A DNA stretch of 64,000 bases, taken from NCBI GenBank assembly GCA_013695595.1, contig JACDAE010000804.1:2764-66763 (forward strand), in the 5' to 3' direction. Made by a program: the position numbers and the translations under genes. This document shows, piece by piece, positions 1 to 9,111 of this stretch. Each line of letters starts with the position of its first letter. Within the stretch, counting starts at the first letter, position 1. The stretch is from Ktedonobacteraceae bacterium (GTDB lineage: Bacteria > Chloroflexota > Ktedonobacteria > Ktedonobacterales > Ktedonobacteraceae). The notes below the pieces were generated by a model. The model was given only the letters and a program-made list of their open reading frames with translations. It made no database searches and had not been told where the DNA came from.

Positions 1-322
1 TGAAGAGTTGCTCTCATTTCGTAACGGCGCAGCACCAGATGCGCCTATCTTTGTGTCTCGCGGAGGGGGCAGAGGTCGAAAAAAGAGCGGAGAGCATCTC
101 GATAAGACCCAAATCGAACGCATTGTTGAGCAAGCGGCAACGAGAGCGGGAATAAAAAAACACGTAACCCCACACTTTGAGCGACATTCTCACGCAACCC
201 ATGCGGTATTAAATAAAGCTCCAGCACCTGTGATCCAGGGGACGCTAGGTCATAAGAGCCTGGAAACGACCATGCTCTACTTTGATATTAATCCAGAGGA
301 AAGCTCGTCATTTTACCTGTAA
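1..322 (+). CDS. tyrosine recombinase (phage-integrase family), C-terminal fragment; 5' end outside window
   Basis: Frame open to window edge; ERHSHATHAV...GHKSLETTMLYF matches box II His/Arg plus catalytic Tyr pattern. Confidence 0.8.
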   Translation, partial: EELLSFRNGAAPDAPIFVSRGGGRGRKKSGEHLDKTQIERIVEQAATRAGIKKHVTPHFERHSHATHAVLNKAPAPVIQGTLGHKSLETTMLYFDINPEESSSFYL

Positions 323-364
323 ATATATTGAGTTATAGGCTTGAAAGCCTTGAGGAGATTGAAG

Positions 365-1909
365 ATGGATGATTTTTACTCTCTCCGTCAGCAGCGACGT
401 ACCCAGTCGCAGGGTAGCTCTGGGGAATTGTGGTATTATGCCGTGGATTACCTAGATGAAGCCAAAGCGAAAATTGCCTGGGAACGGATACATGGGGTGA
501 CTCTACAGCATCGCATTTCCGTGAGTCACCGGCGTCTGACCTATAATGACCTGCTGCATATCGTGGTGTTGCACGCCCCTACTCCCCCACCAGAGGCACA
601 CCAGCAGCGTCTCAGGCAGGCACTTGCCGACGGCATACCTATTCCTCTGTCTCCAACCGTGCTGGCTCAACTGATGCAGCGAAAGCGCGAGGCGACCTAT
701 GAAGCGCTCAGGGAAGGCACGCCAGAACTCATGCATCGCCATAAAGAAGGCATACGCAGAGAGGCAGACATGCCCCAGGAGGCGATTGACCTGCACCTGG
801 CCGCGCTCCGCGAACGCTATCTCTTCTTTCAAGAATATTATCGGCATGTCCTTCCCTATAACCTGCACTTTCGCCTGAAAGCGGCCAACGGTGTGGCCTA
901 TCTGCACGCCTATGAGCAGCAAATGGCGCGGGCAGAGATGTACCGCTTCACGGCAACGGCGCGAGCGATGCACCAGGCGGTGTACGAGGCAGAGGAGAGT
1001 TGGATCGCCTGGGAGCAGGATATCTGGATTGAGCAGGATGAGCCCCTGGAGATCATGCCAGGGCATCCGGTGCAGGTATTGTTCGTGAATAAGGTTGAGA
1101 AGCCTCACCAGGTTTATAATCCGTATGGACACCCCTGGTGGAACATCACCGCTATCAGCCCGCAAGGACTCCATCAAATGGTGATGCTCTACGACGACCA
1201 GGAACAAACATATGATCCTACGATTGATTATCTCTGCCCCACCAATGACTGCCAGGATCACCAGATTGAGTTGGATGGGGGAATCGCCCTCGCACGGAGT
1301 GCATGCCCAGCTTGCCTGGAACACGCGAAAGCGCTTGCCATGTGGCTCCACACAGCGCTTCGTATGCTCAGGCGGGATTTTGCAACCTCGGCGGCCCCCA
1401 AATCTTTCACCACTGGCGAGCACATTACGACCCAAAAGAAGCTAGTGCCACGTCAGCATGGCAAAGGAAAGCCCAAAGAGCGTACTGTTGAGCATCGCCG
1501 CCTCTATACGATTGTGGCCTATGAGGTCAGCATCGCTGAAAGCAGACCAGCCAGTGTACCGACTGGGGAAGAAGACAAGCGGCAAAGCTGGCTTTCGCTG
1601 CACGGCCAGGAGCATCGCATCTATGAACTGCGTGCGGTCCCGACACATGAACGCCACTACCGAGGTCCCTATTGGGATCGCCTCATCAGCAAATGCCTGG
1701 AGCAAGTGCAGAACGGGGAGTCAGGCAGGGTTGAGTTGGATGGCGTTGTCTATCAGGTAGATATCTCTCAAGGCGGCGAGGTCACAGTCAAACGCACAAT
1801 AGAAGTCCCCAACGGTCGCTATGTCCCGCTGCTGAGGCCAGAATATAAGAAACAGCCAACCGTGAAAAAGACGACTGCGAAGCGCTTCGGGCAGGCAATA
1901 GAGGAGTAA
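365..1909 (+). CDS. hypothetical protein with Cys-pair zinc-ribbon-like motif
   Basis: Long ORF 341..1909; ATG 365 follows GAGGAG; CPTNDC...CPAC; no family recognised. Confidence 0.6.
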   Translation: MDDFYSLRQQRRTQSQGSSGELWYYAVDYLDEAKAKIAWERIHGVTLQHRISVSHRRLTYNDLLHIVVLHAPTPPPEAHQQRLRQALADGIPIPLSPTVLAQLMQRKREATYEALREGTPELMHRHKEGIRREADMPQEAIDLHLAALRERYLFFQEYYRHVLPYNLHFRLKAANGVAYLHAYEQQMARAEMYRFTATARAMHQAVYEAEESWIAWEQDIWIEQDEPLEIMPGHPVQVLFVNKVEKPHQVYNPYGHPWWNITAISPQGLHQMVMLYDDQEQTYDPTIDYLCPTNDCQDHQIELDGGIALARSACPACLEHAKALAMWLHTALRMLRRDFATSAAPKSFTTGEHITTQKKLVPRQHGKGKPKERTVEHRRLYTIVAYEVSIAESRPASVPTGEEDKRQSWLSLHGQEHRIYELRAVPTHERHYRGPYWDRLISKCLEQVQNGESGRVELDGVVYQVDISQGGEVTVKRTIEVPNGRYVPLLRPEYKKQPTVKKTTAKRFGQAIEE

Positions 1910-1957
1910 AGGAAAGAGCAACGAGCACCAAACCGTTCCTATATATAGCGCGAACAG

Positions 1958-1987
1958 TTGACAATTATGTTATCTACGACATACAAT
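1958..1987 (+). promoter_or_regulatory. sigma70-type promoter TTGACA-18-TACAAT
   Basis: TTGACA 1958-1963, TACAAT 1982-1987, about 95 bp upstream of dinD-like ATG. Confidence 0.5.
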
Positions 1988-2013
1988 TCGCAAAAGTCCC
2001 GATGGTAACTAGG

Positions 2014-2041
2014 AACGGTTTACCGGAGCCGGTAAACCGTT
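2014..2041. promoter_or_regulatory. 28-bp perfect palindrome AACGGTTTACCGG-AG-CCGGTAAACCGTT in dinD-like leader
   Basis: 13-bp perfect arms read directly; lies between predicted promoter and ATG 2082. Confidence 0.55.
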
Positions 2042-2081
2042 GCCCTCATCTGGGATCTATGTGACTCTTGAGGAGGATGGA

Positions 2082-2915
2082 ATGGCAACCCCTGATTTTG
2101 ATCGTATTCGGCAAGAGAATACCCATGGTGAGCCATATTGGTCGGCCAGAGATTTGGCCCCACTGCTGGGGTATAAAAAGTGGCAGCGGTTTGAGGATGC
2201 AATCAAACGGGCCATGGAGTCATGCCGGACAAATGGCAATGCTGTCGAACAGCACTTTACCATCTCAGAAAAACCTACTGTCGGAGGACATGGAGCTATC
2301 CAGCCTGCAAAGGATTGGCTTTTAAGTAAGTATGGATGCTGGCTCATTGCAATGAATGGTGATGTGAGAAAACCGGAAGTTGCTGCCGCCCAGGCATATT
2401 TCCTCATCTCCACCGCTGAAAATGAGATGCATAAGCTGAGGATACACCAGGAACAGCGTCTCATGTTGCGCGAAAAGGTTTCAGAAGGAAATAAATCGCT
2501 GTTTGAGGCGGCGGCCCTCTCTGGTGTGCAATCGCCAAACTTCGGGATCTTCGAGGATGCTGGTATTCTTGGGCAATATACCTTGACAACCGCAGAACTT
2601 GAGGGGAAACGAGATATTCCATCTGGAGAACTCTATAATACAATGCCGCCTCATGAGTTGGCAGGTAATCTCCTGCGTATTACACAAACGGACTATAACT
2701 TGCGCACCAAGGCCATTCAAGATGAAGAGGGAGCGATTGCTGAACACTATTCCAATGGAAAGCAGGTGCGCGAGGCCATGATTGCGATGTCGGGCGAAAA
2801 GCCAGAAGATATTCCACCTGCCCCCTCGATCAAAAAGCTTGTCGAAGAGCGTCGGAGGAAAGCGAGAAAGCGCGTGCAGAATAAACCAACGGATAATCAG
2901 GAGACACTTTTCTGA
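2082..2915 (+). CDS. dinD: DNA-damage-inducible protein D (DinD)-like
   Basis: GEPYWSARDLAPLLGYKKWQRFEDAIKRAMESC matches recalled DinD N-terminus; GAGGAGG SD before ATG 2082. Confidence 0.75.
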   Translation: MATPDFDRIRQENTHGEPYWSARDLAPLLGYKKWQRFEDAIKRAMESCRTNGNAVEQHFTISEKPTVGGHGAIQPAKDWLLSKYGCWLIAMNGDVRKPEVAAAQAYFLISTAENEMHKLRIHQEQRLMLREKVSEGNKSLFEAAALSGVQSPNFGIFEDAGILGQYTLTTAELEGKRDIPSGELYNTMPPHELAGNLLRITQTDYNLRTKAIQDEEGAIAEHYSNGKQVREAMIAMSGEKPEDIPPAPSIKKLVEERRRKARKRVQNKPTDNQETLF

Positions 2916-2993
2916 GACGCGAACAGGGAACGGTTATAGCACGTCGAGAAGGCTGGTGTAGGAATTACCATAACCTCGCCCGTTTTGACGCAT

Positions 2994-3163
2994 AATTTGG
3001 TTCATGGCCACTCTTGGTGAATCTGCTTGCTTCCTTTCGGAAAAGAGGCTATTTATGGTACGAAATCTCCTTCCAAAAAGCTCTTTGGGAAAGAGAATCT
3101 CTTCTGAACGCTCTCCTTTCCCTAGAGCAAGCAGATTCACCAAAAGTGGTCATGAACCAACTT
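2994..3163. repeat. 170-bp element bounded by 38-bp inverted repeats (35/38 match)
   Basis: Arms 2994-3031 and 3126-3163; mirrored artefact ORFs on both strands both start MVNLLA and contain QADSP.V.MNQ. Confidence 0.7.
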
Positions 3164-3354
3164 ATCTGTCAACTGACAGCTTGTCTTTCCGGCGTGTGCC
3201 GCAGCACTCCACGCAGAAACGGCCTACCTGACCGACGCTCCTCCCCACCTCGGCCTACCGTTTCTCTGTTGCGAGCAATCCCATGTGCCTCACTCCCTCC
3301 TTCTCCGACCTCTGCTGTGTTGGCTGCCCCAGAGAAACATGAGACGACTTGATT

Positions 3355-3376
3355 AGAAAAACGCACGTTTTCGTAT
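3355..3376. promoter_or_regulatory. S-site 1 (palindromic operator-like site, AAACG-N2-CGTTT family)
   Basis: AGAAAAACGCACGTTTTCGTAT, intergenic, upstream of promoter P1. Confidence 0.6.
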
Positions 3377-3408
3377 GACGATTATATCGGGTACAGATGG
3401 TGGTTGTC

Positions 3409-3438
3409 TTGACTTTTCTAGTGATTTTCTGTTATTAT
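3409..3438 (+). promoter_or_regulatory. promoter P1 (TTGACT-18-TATTAT), member of conserved promoter cassette
   Basis: CTTGACTTTTCTAGTGATTTTCTGTTATTAT resembles P2/P3/P4. Confidence 0.55.
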
Positions 3439-3475
3439 GAACTATAATGCAATGAACAAAAAGGAGCAAGACTGC

Positions 3476-3823
3476 ATGGCGAAACAGCAGACCGATGAAC
3501 CAGTCACACTAGAGGAACAGATTGCCACGCTGCGTGAGAAAATAAAACAGAAGAAGAAATATCTGGAGGATGAGCCGCGTACCATTCAGATGAGCCACAT
3601 CGGGTGGTTCAAGCTCAGGAGAGTTGCGAAAAAGCGGCGTATTCCCATTTCTGCACTTCTAGAGATGATCTCCGATGAGCAGGGGAAGGTGTATTTGGAT
3701 GCAGACGATCTCCAGTCAGTGGAGACCGAAGCGCAGGAGATCCTGGAGCGGCGCAAAGTGCCACTTCAGGATCTAGAGGAGCAACTGGCAGCTTTAGAGC
3801 AGCAACTAGCACAAGCAGAATAA
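3476..3823 (+). CDS. hypothetical coiled-coil protein
   Basis: ORF 3437..3823; ATG 3476 preceded by AAGGAG; heptad-like charged sequence. Confidence 0.55.
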   Translation: MAKQQTDEPVTLEEQIATLREKIKQKKKYLEDEPRTIQMSHIGWFKLRRVAKKRRIPISALLEMISDEQGKVYLDADDLQSVETEAQEILERRKVPLQDLEEQLAALEQQLAQAE

Positions 3824-3828
3824 ATCTC

Positions 3829-3862
3829 TACCGAAAGCACTAATCTGGCTTTCGGTATTTTT
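3829..3862 (+). terminator. rho-independent terminator
   Basis: TACCGAAAGC...GCTTTCGGTA hairpin followed by TTTTT, directly after stop at 3823. Confidence 0.65.
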
Positions 3863-3901
3863 CTGCCTTGTTGAGCAATATTATTTAAAACAGAAAAATA
3901 C

Positions 3902-3930
3902 TTGACATTCTAGTGTAAATCTGTTAATAT
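3902..3930 (+). promoter_or_regulatory. promoter P2 (TTGACA-17-TAATAT)
   Basis: 26 nt CTTGACATTCTAGTGTAAATCTGTTA identical to 11324-11349. Confidence 0.6.
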
Positions 3931-3986
3931 ACTAGTATCACTTTGTTATGGTGATAGATAACAGGAAGAAAGGACCACCAAAAATT

Positions 3987-5183
3987 ATGACGACGACCCC
4001 TGATCCAGCTGCTATACGCAAGGCAGTACAAACGCTTGCAACTGTTGAGGACGAAATAAATGTCATGTTTTTAGAGCGTGAACAGGAAATACGCACAGCG
4101 CTCATTTGTCTGCTGGCCCGTCAGCACGCTGTGTTGATAGGTCCGCCAGGGACCGGCAAGAGTGCGCTCATCGAGGAGATTGCCCACCGTTGTGGCGATC
4201 TGAAATTCTTCTCGTACCTGATGACCAAGTTCACCCAGACCGATGAATTGTTTGGCCCGGTAAGTTTTGCAGGCATTAAAAACGAGACCTATCAGCGCGT
4301 GACGGCGAATACGTTGGTAGAGGCGGAAGTGGCAATCCTGGATGAGACCTGGAAACCCTCCTCTGCTATTCTCAATACGCTCTTGCGCCTGATTAACGAG
4401 CGTGAGTTTAAAAATGGTGTGACCACCATCAAAGTCCCCTTAGTCAGCCTGTTTGGAGCGTCCAACGAGTTGCCTGAAGGCCATGACCTCGACGCTATCA
4501 GAGACCGTTTCCTCTTCACCAGCTTTGTTAAATATCTGACTGACAGTAATTTCGAGAAGCTCATGATGCGCAAAGCAGGCATCGAACCGGACCCCTTTGG
4601 GTTTCCCAAGACGATGATTGCTCGCGCCGATCTGTCCTTGTTACAAGGATATGCCCGTGCCTTGCCCTTCAATCCCCAGGTCATCGTCTCGCACGCAACC
4701 ATTCGCCGGGAGCTGGAGAAAGCAGGGATCATCATCAGCGACCGCAGAAACGGGTTCTGCCTGGATGTGCTACGAGCCAATGCGGTGCTCGAAGAACGCG
4801 ACACCGTGACGACTGATGACCTGGCAGTGTTGATCGATGCGTTGTGGATGGAGCCGCAGCAGCGCCCGACTGTGGCCAGAATTATTAATAAGTATGGCAA
4901 CCCGGCTAATGCGCGGGCGGCTGAGATCAAAGACCAAGCGGACAAGAGATACCACGACACTAAGCAGCTCATCGACTCAGCGGCCTCCAATCCGCAGGAG
5001 CGCGGCAGAGTCGTCTCAGCAGCAGCAGTGGCAGCCGGGGAACTGGAAACGTTCCTGAACGAACTGAAAGAGATACAGGGCAGGCAAGCCCGTCCCAATC
5101 GCCGCATTGCCCAGACCATGACTGCCGTGGGCGCGATGCACATGGAGATGCTCAAGGCGGTTGGCGTCAAGTTCAACATGTAG
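3987..5183 (+). CDS. MoxR-class AAA+ ATPase, RavA-like
   Basis: Walker A GPPGTGKS, Walker B AILDETWK, FGASNELPE and ILNTLLRLINEREFKNG closely resemble recalled E. coli RavA. Confidence 0.8.
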   Translation: MTTTPDPAAIRKAVQTLATVEDEINVMFLEREQEIRTALICLLARQHAVLIGPPGTGKSALIEEIAHRCGDLKFFSYLMTKFTQTDELFGPVSFAGIKNETYQRVTANTLVEAEVAILDETWKPSSAILNTLLRLINEREFKNGVTTIKVPLVSLFGASNELPEGHDLDAIRDRFLFTSFVKYLTDSNFEKLMMRKAGIEPDPFGFPKTMIARADLSLLQGYARALPFNPQVIVSHATIRRELEKAGIIISDRRNGFCLDVLRANAVLEERDTVTTDDLAVLIDALWMEPQQRPTVARIINKYGNPANARAAEIKDQADKRYHDTKQLIDSAASNPQERGRVVSAAAVAAGELETFLNELKEIQGRQARPNRRIAQTMTAVGAMHMEMLKAVGVKFNM

Positions 5184-5203
5184 CAATCAGGGAAAGGGTG
5201 CTT

Positions 5204-5225
5204 GTAAAAACGGACGTTTCTCTAA
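5204..5225. promoter_or_regulatory. S-site 2
   Basis: GTAAAAACGGACGTTTCTCTAA between RavA-like stop and VWA start. Confidence 0.6.
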
Positions 5226-5251
5226 GCACCCTAACCGAGAGGATAAAGGCT

Positions 5252-6859
5252 ATGGCAATTTTTTCACAGGGGAAGCGGCAGGAGGCGGTTGTGGTACGGG
5301 ACCGCTATGATCGCGATGAGTTCGAGGCGGCAGCAAAAGCTTATCAGCCACTGGCCGACCTGTTGCAAAGCGCCCAGACACCAGATAGTAGTGTGTTTAT
5401 TGAAGACATGTTTCTCACCTTCTTCAAGCCCGTCACCACCATTGCTGAAGATGATGAGTTAAGCCTGTCGGCTCAGGCCCGGCGCACACTCCTGGTGGAG
5501 ATAGTCCAGACCCAGGAATACTATGAAGTCAAGGAGCAGGTGCCTCCCTATGACCGCCCGACCGCCGCAATCGCTACGGTTGATGTGTGCAAAGCAGTAA
5601 TTGCATCGTTGGACAAAGCGATTGTGCGATTGCTGTTTCAACTGCATGAGGCAGAGGCGGCGACGGCTGAGTACCTCCATCAAGCTGAGGCACTGGAATA
5701 TGTCGCAGGCAAAATGAGCAGCGAGGAGGCCCAGCGCCTCTATATCGAGGCTCAGCACTTGCGTGAGCAAGCAAGGCGTGAAGAATTGGCCGCTCTGGCT
5801 TTAGCAGAGCAATTTGAGCAGAGCAGTGAGCAGATTGAGGATACAGTGCGCCGGAATGCGAGAATCGCCCTTGAACAGGCAGAGGAAAAGATCGAGCAGA
5901 TCCAGAATGCGGTGCGTGTCTTTACCCTTGGCCTACCAGAGGATCAACTATACGGTGTCACCATGCAAAACAACGCGCAGGATAAGCTGGCGCTGGCTCG
6001 TCAGGTGATGAGCACCCGCAAACTTAAACTCATCGCGGAGTTGGCCGGACGTATGATTAATACGGCCCTCTATAAGCAGCGGTCCAAAGTCTATCACGAC
6101 CCCGACGAAATTGTTGGTGTAACGAACGGCAATGATCTGGGGAAGTTACTGTCCTCTGAGATGTTCAAATTGGGCGACGAATACCTGGAGATGATCTTTT
6201 ATCAGCAATACCTGGAGCGTGGGTTGCTTAACTGGGATATGATTGGACATGAAAAGCAGGCGCGAGGACCAATCGTGCTCGGCGTAGACTCAACTGGAAG
6301 CATGGCGGCATATATGGATGGGAGCTGGGATGAGGATGAGGATGAAAGCGAACCGCAGAGCGGGGAACCACGCTATAGCAAAGAGGTCTGGTCCAAGGCA
6401 TTAATGTTTGCGTTACTCACGATTGCCCGCAAGCAGAACCGTGACTTTGCCATTGTTCATTTTGGCGGGTTTCAAAAGCAGATTAGAACCTTCCGGTTTT
6501 TGAAAGGCAAAGCAACCGCACAGGAACTGGTAGAGGCATCATTGCATTTCTATAACAGCAATCACACAACCTTCACCTATGTCGTTGAGCAGACGCTCAA
6601 ACTCACTGAAGAAAGTGCCTTTCGCCATGCCGATTTTATCCTCGTGACGGATGGTATCGGCGACATTGCTGACCTCACGTTTGAGCGCTATCAGCGCGTG
6701 CGTAAAGACCGCGATATGCACAGTTATGGCATCTATCTTCCTGATGCTAATGATCGAAGAGGTGAACAGGTTCTAGCTCGCTTAGTCGATGCGCAGGTAT
6801 CAGTCTTAGATCTTGATAAAGATGATAAAGCCCTAGACCTCCTCTTCAGTAACATCTAG
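5252..6859 (+). CDS. VWA-domain protein (ViaA/CoxE-like partner of MoxR ATPase)
   Basis: C-terminal MIDAS-like LGVDSTGSM; long coiled-coil N-terminus; ATG 5252 chosen because GTG 5198 would overlap S-site 2. Confidence 0.7.
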   Translation: MAIFSQGKRQEAVVVRDRYDRDEFEAAAKAYQPLADLLQSAQTPDSSVFIEDMFLTFFKPVTTIAEDDELSLSAQARRTLLVEIVQTQEYYEVKEQVPPYDRPTAAIATVDVCKAVIASLDKAIVRLLFQLHEAEAATAEYLHQAEALEYVAGKMSSEEAQRLYIEAQHLREQARREELAALALAEQFEQSSEQIEDTVRRNARIALEQAEEKIEQIQNAVRVFTLGLPEDQLYGVTMQNNAQDKLALARQVMSTRKLKLIAELAGRMINTALYKQRSKVYHDPDEIVGVTNGNDLGKLLSSEMFKLGDEYLEMIFYQQYLERGLLNWDMIGHEKQARGPIVLGVDSTGSMAAYMDGSWDEDEDESEPQSGEPRYSKEVWSKALMFALLTIARKQNRDFAIVHFGGFQKQIRTFRFLKGKATAQELVEASLHFYNSNHTTFTYVVEQTLKLTEESAFRHADFILVTDGIGDIADLTFERYQRVRKDRDMHSYGIYLPDANDRRGEQVLARLVDAQVSVLDLDKDDKALDLLFSNI

Positions 6860-6906
6860 CAATGAAGGGGGCTACTTCAGCCCTCTTCACTTTTTGCCCT
6901 CTTCGT

Positions 6907-6928
6907 TCTAAAAACGTTCGTTTCTAGA
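6907..6928. promoter_or_regulatory. S-site 3
   Basis: TCTAAAAACGTTCGTTTCTAGA, intergenic. Confidence 0.6.
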
Positions 6929-6948
6929 GAAATCCCCTCCTTTTTTAC

Positions 6949-6977
6949 TTGACTTTCTAAGTATATTCTGCTAAATT
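6949..6977 (+). promoter_or_regulatory. promoter P4 (TTGACT-17-TAAATT)
   Basis: CTTGACTTTCTAAGTATATTCTGCTAAATT, same cassette as P1-P3; followed by shared leader GAAAGGACCACCAA. Confidence 0.5.
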
Positions 6978-7007
6978 ACTGTTATATTAAGCGAAAGGAC
7001 CACCAAT

Positions 7008-8129
7008 ATGTACCAGGTTATGCCTGACGAAAACAACCTAGAAGCCAATCTCAAAGAAGTCATGGAAGCCACCCCACAGTTCCCTCTTTTGGGATATACG
7101 GTCATTGCCACACTTGATAGCGCCGTTGAGATCAGCCACGTGGATCTGCTTGCCATTGCGACTCCTCTTGGCTTTGCCGTGATTACACCGCCGCAAGCAG
7201 AACCAGCAAAGATCATTCAGCGTGCCATGACGGCCTTTCTCAAAGATGTGAAAAGTGGTGAAAACGACGCGATCACACTGGATGATGAGGGAAAAGCTTT
7301 ATTAAGGAAGATCAAGACCCCGGATAAGGATCGCGTTATCTTTGCCCTGGTGCAAGAAAAAACGCTGTTAGAGCATCTGGGTCTCGATTACCTGACCGAT
7401 TTGCGCGTGTTTTTTCTTAAAGGCAAGCCGGGGAAACCGGGCGAGCCAGAAGAACCGCCGACGCTTGTTGCAACGATGGGCGATCCGAAGCTTGTTGGAA
7501 AAATTGACCCACTTACCTACAGTGCTAATACCCAGGAAGAGGAGATACGCACTGGAATCCAGCGCTGGTATGATTACTACAGTCAGATCTATAAGAGCGA
7601 TGAGCTGTCTCGCTGGATCAATGCCATTATTGAACATATAGATCTGCTGGCTGGGAAACGTATGCGAGATGCTGGAGGAGTGCATTTTGTTCGGTACGAT
7701 AAGCGTCCCGAATTGATCCGTCTCAAGCAGCTTATTGAGAAAGACCTGCCAACTACGACCGGGATGAACACCTCACGCCTGATCCATATTCCGATCATCT
7801 CGGAGCCACATTCCCAGGCGCAAGTGAGTATTACCACTCACGATGCCTTTCTCCAAAAGTTGGAGGCGTTTGAGAAAAATATGGCCCCCATTATTACAGC
7901 CAACACAGGCAGCAACGTTAGCATTAAACCTAAATGGATGGAAGAGCGTATCACCCAGTATACGCAGTTGCAGGATGAGTTGAAGCTCTATGATATGTTG
8001 CTCGGAGCCAGGCGCAAAGAGATCGAAGAACGCCTGGGACGGCTCTCAGAAACGGCAAAAGGGTTGATTAGTGCCTACTCCAGAGCAAAGGCGGAGAAGA
8101 AGACGCAAGCAACTCCCGAGGAAAAGTAA
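7008..8129 (+). CDS. hypothetical protein, third gene of RavA/VWA block
   Basis: 373-aa ORF with SD AAAGGA; no family recognised. Confidence 0.6.
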   Translation: MYQVMPDENNLEANLKEVMEATPQFPLLGYTVIATLDSAVEISHVDLLAIATPLGFAVITPPQAEPAKIIQRAMTAFLKDVKSGENDAITLDDEGKALLRKIKTPDKDRVIFALVQEKTLLEHLGLDYLTDLRVFFLKGKPGKPGEPEEPPTLVATMGDPKLVGKIDPLTYSANTQEEEIRTGIQRWYDYYSQIYKSDELSRWINAIIEHIDLLAGKRMRDAGGVHFVRYDKRPELIRLKQLIEKDLPTTTGMNTSRLIHIPIISEPHSQAQVSITTHDAFLQKLEAFEKNMAPIITANTGSNVSIKPKWMEERITQYTQLQDELKLYDMLLGARRKEIEERLGRLSETAKGLISAYSRAKAEKKTQATPEEK

Positions 8130-8156
8130 TCGAAGATGCGTGGAGAGGAGGGAACA

Positions 8157-9038
8157 ATGCTGAAACGTGACTATGAGGGCTACGAGCGGGCGCATGAGGT
8201 GGTACGGCTGGTCGATGGGGACTACGTCTGTAATCTGTGCCAATTGATTTGGAAGCGGCGTCCTCAGACCTTCTGTGCAGGTGTGCCAGTGTATCGCTAT
8301 GGATATTGGCCAAAGGGGTTATATACGTATACCCAATTGCGCCGAGATCTAAAAATGCAGCCGATCGACAGGGAGCAACCGGATGGCGCGTATTTTATCC
8401 GAAAATCGCCCTACCGACGCTGGCTCTATACCATTGAGCGTGCTATCCCGCGTCGCGTGTCAACGCCACTACAAGGCGAAGCCATCACCAAAATGCGAGC
8501 AGGGCTGGTTGCACACTACACCTGCCAGCGCTGCGGTTGGCATGATAAGAGCCAGGGCAAAAATAAGCTGGCTCTACGCATTCGTGACGGCTGGTGCGTG
8601 TCATGTTGGGATGTTTTTCAGCGCCTGGAACTGCAGGTAGCACAGTGCAAATGGGCGCGGAACTATATCGATGCTGGCTCGTTCGTCGTTTTAGATACCG
8701 AAACAACAGGTCTTGAGCGAGAAGATGAAGTCATCGAGTTGGCAATCGTCGAGGGTAGGTCGGGAACGGTCTTGTTCAATTCGCTCATCCAACCGGAAAA
8801 TCTGGCAGAGCGGGATAGCTTCGCCACCCATATTCACGGGATTACGCGAAAGGATTTGGAAACAGCACCCCGTTTTCCAGATGTGTGGCCAGTGATCCGG
8901 GCAATTCTGCGTCGGTATCGTCGTGTGATTGTGTATAATGCAGAGTTCGATTATTTCCAGCTCAAATATAGCGCAGCAGAGAGGGAGCTCATCCCAACGG
9001 GGGAGGTAAGTGATATGTTCGATACTCATCCTTTCTAA
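8157..9038 (+). CDS. DEDDh (DnaQ-like) 3'-5' exonuclease with N-terminal Cys-rich domain, possibly C-terminally truncated
   Basis: ExoI VLDTETTGL, ExoII HGITRKDL...YNAEFD present; no ExoIII H-x4-D before stop; ORF ends at repeat R1. Confidence 0.65.
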   Translation: MLKRDYEGYERAHEVVRLVDGDYVCNLCQLIWKRRPQTFCAGVPVYRYGYWPKGLYTYTQLRRDLKMQPIDREQPDGAYFIRKSPYRRWLYTIERAIPRRVSTPLQGEAITKMRAGLVAHYTCQRCGWHDKSQGKNKLALRIRDGWCVSCWDVFQRLELQVAQCKWARNYIDAGSFVVLDTETTGLEREDEVIELAIVEGRSGTVLFNSLIQPENLAERDSFATHIHGITRKDLETAPRFPDVWPVIRAILRRYRRVIVYNAEFDYFQLKYSAAERELIPTGEVSDMFDTHPF

Positions 9039-9059
9039 AAATCCTTCTTGTAGCCAAAA

Positions 9060-9095
9060 GCTATAAGTATACCTATAACTATAGCTAGAGTCTAT
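9060..9095. repeat. R-repeat 1 (AT-rich TATAGG/TATAGC palindromic family)
   Basis: GCTATAAGTATACCTATAACTATAGCTAGAGTCTAT. Confidence 0.7.
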
Positions 9096-9111
9096 TTACA
9101 AAGGCCATCAC

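Noticed and set aside
503-1435. Long antisense ORFs inside large genes (for example 503..1435-, 4292..5179-, 13328..13870-, 30664..31221+, 41601..42251-, 44167..44712-, 57135..57707-)
   Set aside because: Each lies fully within a longer opposite-strand or other-frame ORF that has recognisable motifs or an SD. Their sequences are low-complexity (R/S/P/C-rich) and have no start signals. They are treated as shadow ORFs.
1949-2930. LexA (Cheo-type CGAAC-N4-GTTCG) box near dinD-like gene
   Set aside because: CGCGAACAG occurs at 1950 and 2918, but the second half-site is missing in both.
2934-3352. ORFs 2934..3143(-), 3004..3231(+), 3014..3352(+)
   Set aside because: They are mirror-image translations (both begin MVNLLA...) produced by the 38-bp inverted repeats, and they have no SD.
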